The notes under the pieces: generated by a model | The model's database searches: none | Told to the model about the DNA's origin: nothing | What the model saw: only the letters and a program-made list of their open reading frames with translations | Shown here: positions 12,820-23,600 of the stretch, in pieces | Layout: each line of letters begins with the position of its first letter | Numbering within the stretch: the first letter of the stretch is position 1 | Assembly (NCBI GenBank): GCA_016748015.1 | Contig: JAAOMT010000735.1 | Coordinates: forward strand, 124,001 to 188,000 | DNA from: Geosiphon pyriformis uo1 | Lineage: Eukaryota > Fungi > Glomeromycota | Length of the DNA stretch: 64,000 bases | Direction of reading: 5' to 3' | Translations under genes and position numbers: made by a program

Positions 12820-13686
12820 TATTACAGGATGGTTTTCTTGTTATATTTAATTGCTGATATTCCACTTTAATTGCAATCAGTCTTTCGTGAGTTCCTCAAT
12901 TCTATTTGTGTGATAATGTCACTGTTATACTGAAGGCTTTCTTTTTACTGTTGCGATGTAAGTTATTCTTTAATTCTTGATTGTTGTGTGTGTTTATGTA
13001 CTCCTTTTCAGAGGCTGAACTGAAATCTACTCACTGTCTGGGGTCTTCTCTGAGGCTATCCTTGCAATTGCCTGATGTATTTCTCTAATCTAGAAACACA
13101 GAATGTTAATGGTCTTTAGTGCTTTTCTAATTCTCACAATAAAGCTTTTATCAATTAGTAACAACGTGAATAATCTTGATCAAGGATTATTCTTCCAAGG
13201 GATTCAGTTGATGAATGATAGTTTCATTCAATAAATAATACAAGTAAGTTTCTTAATACTTTGGGTTGTGATAGTTCCGTTTTAAATATTCTTTTTCATT
13301 TCTTTTTGATTTTTAAAGGTTTCTTGGGATATTTAATTTGAAAGTATGATTTAAAGTGGGGTTTGTTGGATAAAATTGGATCTGTTGCTTGATAAGTTAT
13401 GATTTTTATTACTTGATTGATTCTTTTCCAATATTAAAACTACTGTATATATACATGTTTGTAGTTCTACGAGAAAATACTTTCTTTTTGATATTTCAAC
13501 CTGGTGTTTGCTGCTATCACTAGTTGGTGTTGGCTGTTATTGTGAACTGGTGCTTGCCACTATTGCGAGATGGTGTTTGCTACTATGTTAATCATTACCT
13601 TTCTAAGATTATTACTGTGCTATATTATGATTGAATAGTTTGTATTATTTTTATGATTCTTTTTGCTAAATTCTTAAACCGTAACA
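12820..13686 (-). mobile_element. Solo LTR (867 bp) of a third Gypsy subfamily
   Basis: TATTACA...GTAACA ends; TSD ACAG (12816-12819/13687-13690); host frame LIYTNTVIFIPFY restored; orientation inferred from TATA context tactgtatatatacatg resembling the B LTR. Confidence 0.88.
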
Positions 13687-15187
13687 ACAGTCATCTTCAT
13701 CCCTTTTTATCAACAATACATCTTCAAGATGAATCAAAAAATTTAAGATCAAGTTCTGTTATTTGAAGTCAATCCTGAAATTTGTTTCCTAGCCAATATT
13801 GCTAATTTATACTTATTGGCCAAAGTTTATAAACACTTCAAAATCTTCATCTACAATTCCACAGAAGATGTAATTGAAATTCCTAAAGGAACTTTCATTG
13901 ATTCCATCTTACCAGACATTCAACATTCTAAAAAACCCCAGTCCATTTCAGATTTTGCACAGCTATTCTTATTTTGTGATATTATCTTACAAGTATAGAA
14001 CTTGCCAAAAGAAAGCTACCTGTTTATGCCAGAAGAAATTGATAAACTACACTTGGAAAACCTGAATACTTTTCAGTAAATTCAACTTAAGGTTTTCTTA
14101 AATTAATATGCCAATGTTTGTCAGCAAAAATGAATTTGAACACACTAATATTGTAAAGCATCAGATTAATATAGGAAATGCACGACTTATTAAACAGCAA
14201 ACTTACCAAGTACTCCCATCTGGTGACAATCTTATCAAACAAGAAGTTCAACAAATGCTTGACAACAGCTTAATCAAGGAATCATTAAGCCTTTGGTCTT
14301 CCCCAGTAGTTTTGGTCACCAAAAAAAATGGAAAGATACAATTCTACATGGATTACTGAAAATTAAATAGTGTTATCCAAGAAGATAGTTACTCCACTTC
14401 CTTTATCCAAGAAATCCTGGACAATCTAGAAAAAATAAAATAGTTCTCATTATTAGACCTAGCCAGTAGATATTGACAGGTCAAAATGGATTCCAAAAAT
14501 AATAAAAAAATGGCATTTACCACTTAAGATAGAAACTTTGAGTTTAATGTAATACTCTTCAGACTCTACAATGCTCCTGCCATGTTCCAATGCTTTATAG
14601 ATGTTATGTACAAAAAAATTCTTTGAAAATCAGTCATAGTTTACTTAGATAACACAAATGTGTTCTTTGAAACATTTAACAATTATCTGCTGTACCTTCA
14701 ACAAGTTTTCAAACACCTTCGAAATGCTGAATTAAAACTCAATTCTGAGAAATGTTTTTTTGGAAAAATTGAATTGAAATTCCTAGAACACATGATTAGC
14801 AAAGACAAAGTTAAACTCAACCCAGACAAGATCTAAAAAGTTAAAAATTTTCTAGTCCCAATCAATCTTCAAAAGTTATGAGGATTTTTAAGATTGACAA
14901 GATACTACTACCAATTCATCAAAGGGTTTTCAACTATCACAAAACTTCTTTATCACTTGTTGTTCAAATATGTGCCATATCTATAGAAAAAAGACCAACA
15001 AAAAGTGTTCAACTATCTTAAGTAGTGATTGATCATATTTCCAATTCTAATTTATCCAGATTTCACTAAATAGTTTATTGTTGCTACAGATGTCTCAAAA
15101 AATGCTCTAGAAGCAGTCTTATTACAGATAGGACCAGACAATAGAAAACATCTAATTGCTTATGCCAGTTGTAACACTAGTCCAGTA
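13687..15187 (+). mobile_element. Element A, third segment (dUTPase-like domain, RT, start of RNase H), truncated
   Basis: SLWSSPVVLVTKKNGKIQF, VYLDNTN (YLDD), VATDVSKNALEAVL, IAYAS; ends abruptly at the junction with E. Confidence 0.88.
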
Positions 15188-18163
15188 AGTAGAACAACAA
15201 ACCATGTTTCACTTGTGGAGAACAGTTACTCAATGAAAAAATATGAAATAACATTTCTGGTCAAAGAGAAACAAGTAATACTTTATGCCAATATACAATC
15301 CTTATAAGCAATTGGATAAGTTGTGGAATGCCCATTAACATAGCATGGCATTGAGCGATCTTTCACTTGGACGATTACTCACATGACAAAAACAAAATTT
15401 GGAGAATAGTGAATGCCAAAGTTAAAAATGCATTGCCCAGTAAAATTCTAAAAATCATAAACAATCTGCCAGAACCAGTAGAAACAATTTATATTTCCAA
15501 CCCTGATGCTTTTCTGGATGTTGAAACTGGTCCAAAAAAATTCTACAACTATTACCAAAACTTGGCATTGACAAGAAAAAAGCAAGAACAGCATTTAGAA
15601 TAAATAAATACATGATTATATAACCACTGTTTGATTCTATGTGACTTTTAATATTGTAATAAGTGTGACCTCATTTACAATCCACCACCATACATGAACT
15701 ACACAATCTTAGAGGAAAAAAAACTAATTAGCAGCTGTGCATCAGAATTGAAATCAACATTCTATCCCAATTTAAACTCCAACAATGATGATAACAAAAA
15801 CAATGGTTCCAGCTCTATTCAAAATGGCAATAACAATAACAACAGTTTGAACTCTGATTTAAACCCAGAACAATATATTGCACTTCCTGACCTCACCAAG
15901 GAGCAAAAACTTAAATGATTCACTAATAATAATGAAAGTATTATGCCAGAACGTGTACATAATACTGATGCAGAATTTGATCTAAGATATCTGGGAAAAA
16001 AACCATCAAATTGAAACCACATTTACACACCTGCATTAATCTTAAGATAGTACTAGAAATTTCAGCAACAATGATGGTTCAATTAGCATTTAGAAGTAGT
16101 TTAGCAAAAAAAGAAATTAATATTAAAAGAGGAATAATTGACACAGAATATGTAGAAAATATTATTGCAATGCTACAAAATGACTCAGAAAAGACCTATA
16201 TCATAAAGCCAAATAAAAAGATCGTACAGACAATATTCCTGCCACTGGTTAAAATAGCTCAATTAGTATTAATAGAAAACAGAAAAAAATTAGAGATTAT
16301 AGCTAGAGGGATTAGTAGATTCAGATCTATAAGTAGAATAGATATATCAATCAATATGGCAAAGAAAAAGGTTATTGACAAGGAAAAAATTATCTCCATC
16401 CATCAATCAATTTCTATTTTGCTATATAACCAATACATGTTAGTCATAAAAAAAAAAAAAAAATTAGGCTCAAATGTTTAAAGCAGAAACTGAAATTGTA
16501 AATCAAGAAAAATTGGACTTACCAATCTTTACATACCAGCCAAAAGCTCTAAACACATTAAAATTTCCATCTACAATACAACAGAAGATGTTATTGAAAT
16601 ACCAAAAAGAACTACCATTGGATATTTAAGCACTGAAGTTGAAGAACAACCACCAAACCCCATTCCAGATTTTCTACAACTGTGTAGATATGTGGATATC
16701 ATATTACAAACAATATACAGATAAAAAGAATATTATCTACTTCAACCAGAACAATTAGAACAGATGAACTTGGGAAATTTAGATCTATTACAATATATAT
16801 AGCTGAAAATGTTACTCAACAACTTCAATAACATCTTTGCCAGTAAAAATGAATTTGACAGAACTAACATAATTTAACATCAGATCAAGACTGGAAATAC
16901 AATGCTAATTAAACAAAAAGCATACTAAATACCACCAGCAAGTTATGAAATCATCTGATAAGAAATCAATCAGATGTTAGACAATAGATTAATTCAATTA
17001 TCAATGAGTCCATAGTCATTACCAGTAGTACTAATTCATAAGAAAAATAGAAAAATCCACTTTTGTGTAAATTACCAAAAACTTAATGAAGTAACAAAAA
17101 GAGATAACTACCCAACTCCAAAGATCCAAGAACTTTTTGATGTTTTTGGAAGAAAGAAATAATTCTCAACTTTGGATTTAAACAGTGATTACTGGCAAGT
17201 AGCCATGAAACCAGAAAATAAGAAGAAAATGGCTTTTACAATCCAAGAAGGAAATTTTGAATTTGAAGTTATGTCTTTTGGCTTAATAAATGCTTTAGCA
17301 ACATTTCAATGGTTTATGAAAATTGTCTATACTGGACTACTATGAAAATCAGTAGTTGTTTATTTAGATAACACCAATGTGTTTTTCAAAACATTCGATG
17401 ATTATTTACACCATCTCCAAAAGTATTTGAAAGACTAAAAAGAGCTGAATTAAAGTTAAATGCTACCAAATGCTTCTTTGGTAAAACAGAATTAAAATTC
17501 TTGGGACATGTTGTGAGCAAAGACAGAATTAAGATGGATCCAGACAAAATTGAGATAGTTAAAAACTTTTTAGTACTTACTAACTTGACTGAACTATGAA
17601 TATTCTTAGAATTTGTGGGTTACTACCACTAATTTATCAAAGACTTTTCCAAACTGGCTCAGCCATTATACCAGCTCTAAACAAAAAACACCAAATATGA
17701 ATAGATAGAAAACCAACAAGAAGCTTTTAATACATTAAGAAAAAAGCTTATTCAAACTCCAATACTAATCTATTCAAATTATAGCAAGCCATTCATAATC
17801 ACAACCAATACATTAGGTCAAATATTAGGAGCTGTACTATTTCAGAAAGAACTAGATAGAAAAGAATATCCAATAGCATATGCTAGTCACAGCTTAAATT
17901 CAGCTGAAAAAAACTATAGAACTTTAGCACTAGAACACTTAACAATCTATTAAGCAGTCATGAAATGAAAAAAATACTTAAGCCAGAAATTCAACATATA
18001 CACTAACCATAAAAAATTGATTTTAATTCAGAAACAAAAATTTGGGGATGATTGCCATGCTAGATAAAAAATAGAACTTTTATCATTTAATTATACAGTA
18101 TATTACAAAAAGAGAAAAGAAAACAGAAATGCCAACAGTTTATCATGAATAAAACAAATCTAA
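15185..18163 (+). pseudogene. pol: pol of E (Cys-rich domain, dUTPase ~15945-16340, RT, RNase H)
   Basis: ORFs 15367, 15694, 16011 (FRSSLAKKEINIKRGIIDTEY); VYLDN at ~17358; ends IKQI* at 18161-18163. Confidence 0.88.
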
Positions 18164-18193
18164 GAACATTCTAATCCAAAAATATAACAAAAG

Positions 18194-19576
18194 ATGAATA
18201 CACAAAAATATTAACAATTTCAATATTTTATAAATACTCAACAGTTCAAGAAGAAATTATCTCAAAAGAAACAAAACCATATCAAACAACAGTCCAAATA
18301 TTTTATCACTTATCAAGATATACTTTATTGGAAAAACAGAAAGAATTCAAATAAACCAATCAAAATAATCACAGAACCAGAAAAAGAAACAATATTATTC
18401 AACATGCACTCTGATCCAATAGCAGAACATTTTTATAAAAAAGCAATCATAGAAAGAGCTAAAAAAAGATACTATTAGTTATCAATGTATCCAAACATCA
18501 TCTAATATGTTCAAAATTGTGATGCTTGTCAAAGAAGAGAAGAAACAAGACCCAATAAGTTTTTAAGATCAATTAAAGTAGAACAACTATTTGATTGCAT
18601 TGAAATCAACTTAGTCAGACCATTAACAATCACCAGCAGAAGAAACAGATATATTGCAGTAGTCATAAATTATCTTACAAAATAGCCAGAAACAAAAACA
18701 ATTCAAAGAGCAGATATAGAATCTGTAGCCAAATTTGTTTATTAAAATTTAATTTGTCAACATAGATGCCCAAAAGAATTACTATTCGACCAAGAAACTC
18801 ACTTTGTAAATAAAACATTAGCAAAATTAAGTCAAAGATTTGGAATAAAAAGACCATTATTATCATCATATTATTCACAAACCAATGGCTTAATCAAAAG
18901 ATTCAATAGAATATTGTGTCAAGCAATTGCCAAAATCAGCCAAGAAAATCAAAATAAATAGGATTTGTTTATATTATTAGTATTATTTGCTTATCAGACA
19001 ATAAAGCAAGACACTATACAAGCAATACCATTTGAATTAGTATATAGTAGAACAGCAATATTATCAATAGAGATAAAAGTCAGTACATATCCAACTGAAC
19101 CAATAACAAAAGACAATTTCCAAGAAACATTGTTGAGAAAAACATATGGCTTAATAGAAACACTAGAAAACAAATAATAAAAAACAGCTGATAATATTCA
19201 AAAGTTACAAGAAAAACAAAAAGAAAAACATGATAACCAATTACTAAATAAACCAGTTGAATTCAAGATTGAAGACAAAATATTTTTATATTATACCAAA
19301 ATGAAAAAACAATGGAGTGGAAAATTTGATCCCAAATAGAACAAACTATTTTACATAGAAAAAATTCTAGGAAATAGAGCTTATAAATTAAGATGGGACA
19401 ACAAAATCTTAGCCAAAGCAGTACATAGTAATCGACTGAAACCATATCATTATATAGTATTATTATCTACCAATAATATTCCACAACTGGAAGTATAATG
19501 AATACTAGTTCAACCAGATGAGATTCCACGAAATTTGGAACCAATTATAATCATTGAACCAAACACATCAAATTAA
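18194..19576 (+). pseudogene. Integrase of E (separate ORF)
   Basis: ATG at 18194 (MNTQKY), CDACQRR, 1383 nt like the B integrase, stop at 19574-19576. Confidence 0.88.
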
Positions 19577-19630
19577 ACAACCAAAAGAGTATATAAAAAC
19601 ACAGTATATACAACAAAAGCAACAAAGAAA

Positions 19631-20165
19631 ATGAAAATATCAGATTATATTCACACTTAGTTCAACAATTGTTTTAGGCCTTAAGTCAACAGCAATTAAA
19701 CATAGAAATTGTTATCAACCATCAAACAATCTGTTATCAAAACACTAAACAAAAAGAAAAAAGTACACTATACTAATAACCACAAAAACAATCAAGAAAC
19801 TGGTCAGATAAAATAGTAAAGAAAATAAAGAACACTTTTGGAAAAATACTTATTATAATTCTAACAAAAAAAATTTCAAAAGAAAATTGAAAACAATGAA
19901 CAAAACAACTTCCAATACCATACTGCTACTATTAGTTGGGACAAAAGTTAAACATTCAAAAATTATATCTTGATAAAGCCAAAAGAATATTCAATCAAGA
20001 AATAATACAGAATATTGAAAATATTATCAAAAAAAAGACAAATCTAATACTGTACATTAAAACAATCTATTGACTACATATGATATTTCAAAATTACTCA
20101 GAAATATTGTTACACTCTAACATAAAGACAATTACCATTAACCAATAGGAAAGAATAAACAACGT
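19631..20165 (+). pseudogene. ORF3 of E, 5' part (rest at 50092-50191)
   Basis: MKISDYIHT.. ~ MEITDNIH of C; YCYY*LGQ motif at ~19921-19944. Confidence 0.7.
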
Positions 20166-21054
20166 TGTTACAGGTGATTATTTCTGCTGTTGAATTAAAT
20201 AACAAACCCATAACTTAGTGCTCAAAAGCTACTTCCATGGATGAGGTTCTGCAAGTGTTGTATCTGAAGGTTTTGATGGAGTCCTTTGTATAATGGACAG
20301 AGATTCAATAGTGTTAATAGTAGATGTATCTTTTCAAGAGTTTTCTCAATTTCTTTCTTAGCATGGTGGCTGGATTTAGTCTGGCAGTTGTGCTTTTCTG
20401 GTAAGCTATTCGATAATATATAAAATGCTACTCTTATTTCTGGGTCTTTTATCAGGCTATCCTTGATGTTAATAACTCAGTGCTTAATCTTTTAATTAAT
20501 TAGTATACAACAACAAAATCAAAAAAGAAAGAAAATAAAATAAAGAAAATAAAAATAAAGAAAATAGAAAAAATAAGCCAGACAATTTGGTATATTAGTA
20601 TCTCATCAATAGCCATGATCAAGAGCTATTGTTCCAGCATAGTTAAGTATCAATTACTATCAACATGAAGTATTGATAGTGGAGAGTGGATTGAGATATG
20701 GAATAATTATTTATTTAATGATTGAGAACTGGAATGTTGCTTAGATTAAATCTAAACTGAGAGGTCTGTCTTTTCAGCTTCTAATTCTACTGTTATATAT
20801 ACATAATTGAGATTTCTCAATTCCTCAATTCTTTGCGACAGAAATCCTGGGATTCCTGGAATCCTGCAATTCCTGATGAGAGGAATTCTGGAATTCTGGA
20901 ATCCTGCAATTCCTTGTCAGGGAATCCTGAAATTCCTGAAATCCTGCAATTCCACTGAGATGAATTCTGAAATTCCACATTTACTATGTCTATCTTAGAT
21001 TGGCTAATATCTACTGACTAATAATACTATATTTCTTATATTCTATGAATAACA
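20166..21054 (-). repeat. 3' LTR of C
   Basis: Repeat of 49198-50087; PPT AAAAAGAGGGAATAA on the minus strand at 21055-21069. Confidence 0.95.
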
Positions 21055-21067
21055 TTATTCCCTCTTT

Positions 21068-21754
21068 TTAATATTGAGCTCTATCAAAATCCAATTCATT
21101 TAATTCTCCCTCTTAAAGTATTTTCTGAATTTCATTTTCGAGAATTATTTGTGTTATTTGAATCCATAATTCCTCAAATTAAGCATTAGTGATTTTTCCC
21201 AATTGATTACTAGTAACTGTATCCATTGCTTTGTTGAGTAGGATTTCTGGTCAATTCTGAAATGCTGTGTGTATTCAGTATATAGCTCAAGCTTGTGTGG
21301 ATAAATTGTTTTTTCCCACAAAATGTTCTAGTTGTTGTAGTATTGTTGTGTTGAATAACCGCTTTGTTTTATTCGTATATAAGTTCTGGATATTTATGTG
21401 TTGTCCCAAGTAAAAATAACAATAGTTTTTTGGAAACTATTGTATCCACCAAGTCCAAGTTTTTCTGGTAAGTTTTTGGTGTAATCCGACTATTTGTTGT
21501 TCTTTCATGGCCAATTTTATCTTAGTTATAATCTTGTTGACCATGTTTTCAAGTCTTTTCTGTGCTTTGTTTTGTGATATCTTTGTCATATTTTTGTAAT
21601 GAATAGTTTGTTGATTGATGGTAATTTCCATCTCCTGGTGTTGGATTAATTGAAAAATTTGTTGGGCTAGTAAATGGATATTGTCTGTAATCTCCATTTT
21701 TCTGCTCTTTTTTGTCGCATTGACCATGTTCTTATATATTCTTTTGTCAATCAA
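21068..21754 (-). pseudogene. ORF3 of C
   Basis: ORF 21437-21754 plus in-frame continuation to the stop at 21068; close homolog of B ORF3. Confidence 0.8.
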
Positions 21755-22598
21755 TTGGATGTGTTGTTGTCAATGATAATGATTGGTTTCAGATTTCATG
21801 GAATCTCATTTGGTTGAACTAGTATTCTCTGTACTCCTAATTGTAAAATATTACTGGTAAATGATAATGCTATATAGTGGTATGGTTTCAGTCAATCTCC
21901 ATGTGCTGCTTTAGTTAAGATTTTGTCATTTAATCTTAATTTGTAAGCTCCATTTTCTAGAATTTTTTCTATGTGAAATGATCTGTCTCATTTAGGGTCA
22001 AATTTTCCAATCCATTGTTTTTCCACTTTGATATGATGTAGTAGTACTTTGTCTCCAATCCTGAATTCAACTGGTTTATCTGGTAGTTGATTATCATGTC
22101 TTTCTTTTTGTTTCTCTTGTGATTTTTGTATGTTATCAGCTGCTCTTCATCGTTTGTTTTCTAATGTTTCCATTAAGTCATATGTTCTTTTCAACAATGT
22201 ATTTTTGAAATTCTCTTCTGTTATTAGTTCGGTTGGGTATGTGCTGACTTCTATTTCCACTGGTAGTGTTGCTGTTCTACCATATACTAATTCAAATGGT
22301 GTTGCTTGTGTAGTATCTTGCTTCATTGTCCAATAAGCAAATAATACTGATGGTATGAACAAATCTCATTTGTCCTGGTTTTCTTGGCTGAGTTTGGCAA
22401 TTGCTTCACACAATATTCTGTTGAATCTTTTGACTAATCTATTGGTTTGTGGATGATATGGTGATGATAATGGTCTCTTAATTCCGAATCTTTGGCTCAA
22501 TTCTGTTAATGTTTTGTTCACAAAATGAGTTCCTTGGTCTAATAATAATTTTTTTGGACATTCATGTTGACAAATTAAATCTTGATAAACGAATTCAG
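21751..22598 (-). pseudogene. Integrase of C, 3' part
   Basis: PYHPQTN, FIPSVLFAY..ATPFELVYGR; cut by D. Confidence 0.88.
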
Positions 22599-23555
22599 TG
22601 TTACCAGTAGAATTTTAGCTATTAATTAGCATGAAATTACTCTTATAATTCTTATAATTTATTAGTATATTAATATTATTTCAAATTATCATTTATTATT
22701 TAATCAATTATTACATATTACAATTCAATTAAAATAATCTAATTAGTATAACAGAAAGTAGGATAATCAAATTACACAATACCCTGAACTTTGTAACATT
22801 CAAAAATTCGCCGAAATTTACAGAAATTTGCCGAAATTATGAATAGTTCACCCAAATTAATCAATAGTTCAGTGAAATAACTTGTAGTTCATCAAAATGT
22901 ATTTTTAGTTCACCAAAAATTGAGCAAGTTCATAGACTAGTACTACAACAAGTTGTATAAAAGAAGAGCTTTTTTTTTCTAGAAAATGTATCTTACTTTA
23001 GATTTATCACTTAAAACCATTCCTACACACATAAAAAAAAATAAATATCAAATAATTCGAAAAACCAAATTCTTTAAATTATTGCACTTGAAAAATCCTC
23101 AAAACCCAACTAACATTTTGAAATTGATTAGCTACCAATTTCAGTAAACTGTTAGTGACTCCAGGCCTGGATAGAAAACGTTTCTCTTGACAAAATTCTA
23201 TTTCTTTTATATTTTTTATATTTTTCTTTTCTTTTCTTATTACAATTATTAGAGTAGCCTACAGACAAGATTCCTGTAGAAGAGTTGACTTTCACAGCAA
23301 AGTAACTATACATTTTAGTGAGCTTCTAGACAAGCAATTCCTGGGAAAGAGTTGACATTTACTACAACATAACTACATAAAGTAACTGGCATGGAATTGG
23401 CCATTCCACTTATAAGCCCAGCAAGTTCAAATTATAGAAGATAATTTGAAGATAAATTCAGTTATTGGAGGTTCAACTATTTCTTGAGAACGTGAATTCA
23501 CAGCAAATCAACATTACCAACATTTAAGAAAAGAGACCAAAAACCTCTGGTAACA
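22599..23555 (+). repeat. 5' LTR of D (TATAAAA 22956-22962)
   Basis: TGTTACC...GGTAACA; repeat of 31462-32474. Confidence 0.95.
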
Positions 23556-23557
23556 TT

Positions 23558-23570
23558 TGGTGCTCTCCCA
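23558..23570 (+). promoter_or_regulatory. PBS of D (TGGTGCTCTCCCA)
   Basis: TGG 2 nt after the LTR end; identical in F (39453-39465). Confidence 0.85.
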
Positions 23571-23600
23571 CGGAAATAACACAGCAACAACAAATTCAAA

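Larger units (their letters stand above)
15185..20165 (+). mobile_element. Gypsy element E (5'-truncated), main segment: Cys-rich domain, dUTPase, RT, RNase H, IN, start of ORF3
   Basis: Colinear with the reverse complement of B/C; interrupted by C at 20166, resumes at 50088. Confidence 0.9.

Noticed and set aside
15169-15175. TGTAACA resembling an LTR end near the A/E junction
   Set aside because: It lies in RNase H coding sequence (YASCNT) with no LTR body or PBS.
20807-20998. Short ORFs in LTRs (also 49840-50040, 31872-32066, 52331-52630)
   Set aside because: They arise from tandem arrays or low-complexity LTR sequence, mostly start at non-ATG codons and have no recognisable motif.
22985-23260. 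Possible introns in the D/F LTR (CTAAC..TTTCAG, GTTAGT)
   Set aside because: Such motifs are frequent by chance in AT-rich DNA and cannot be supported without transcripts.
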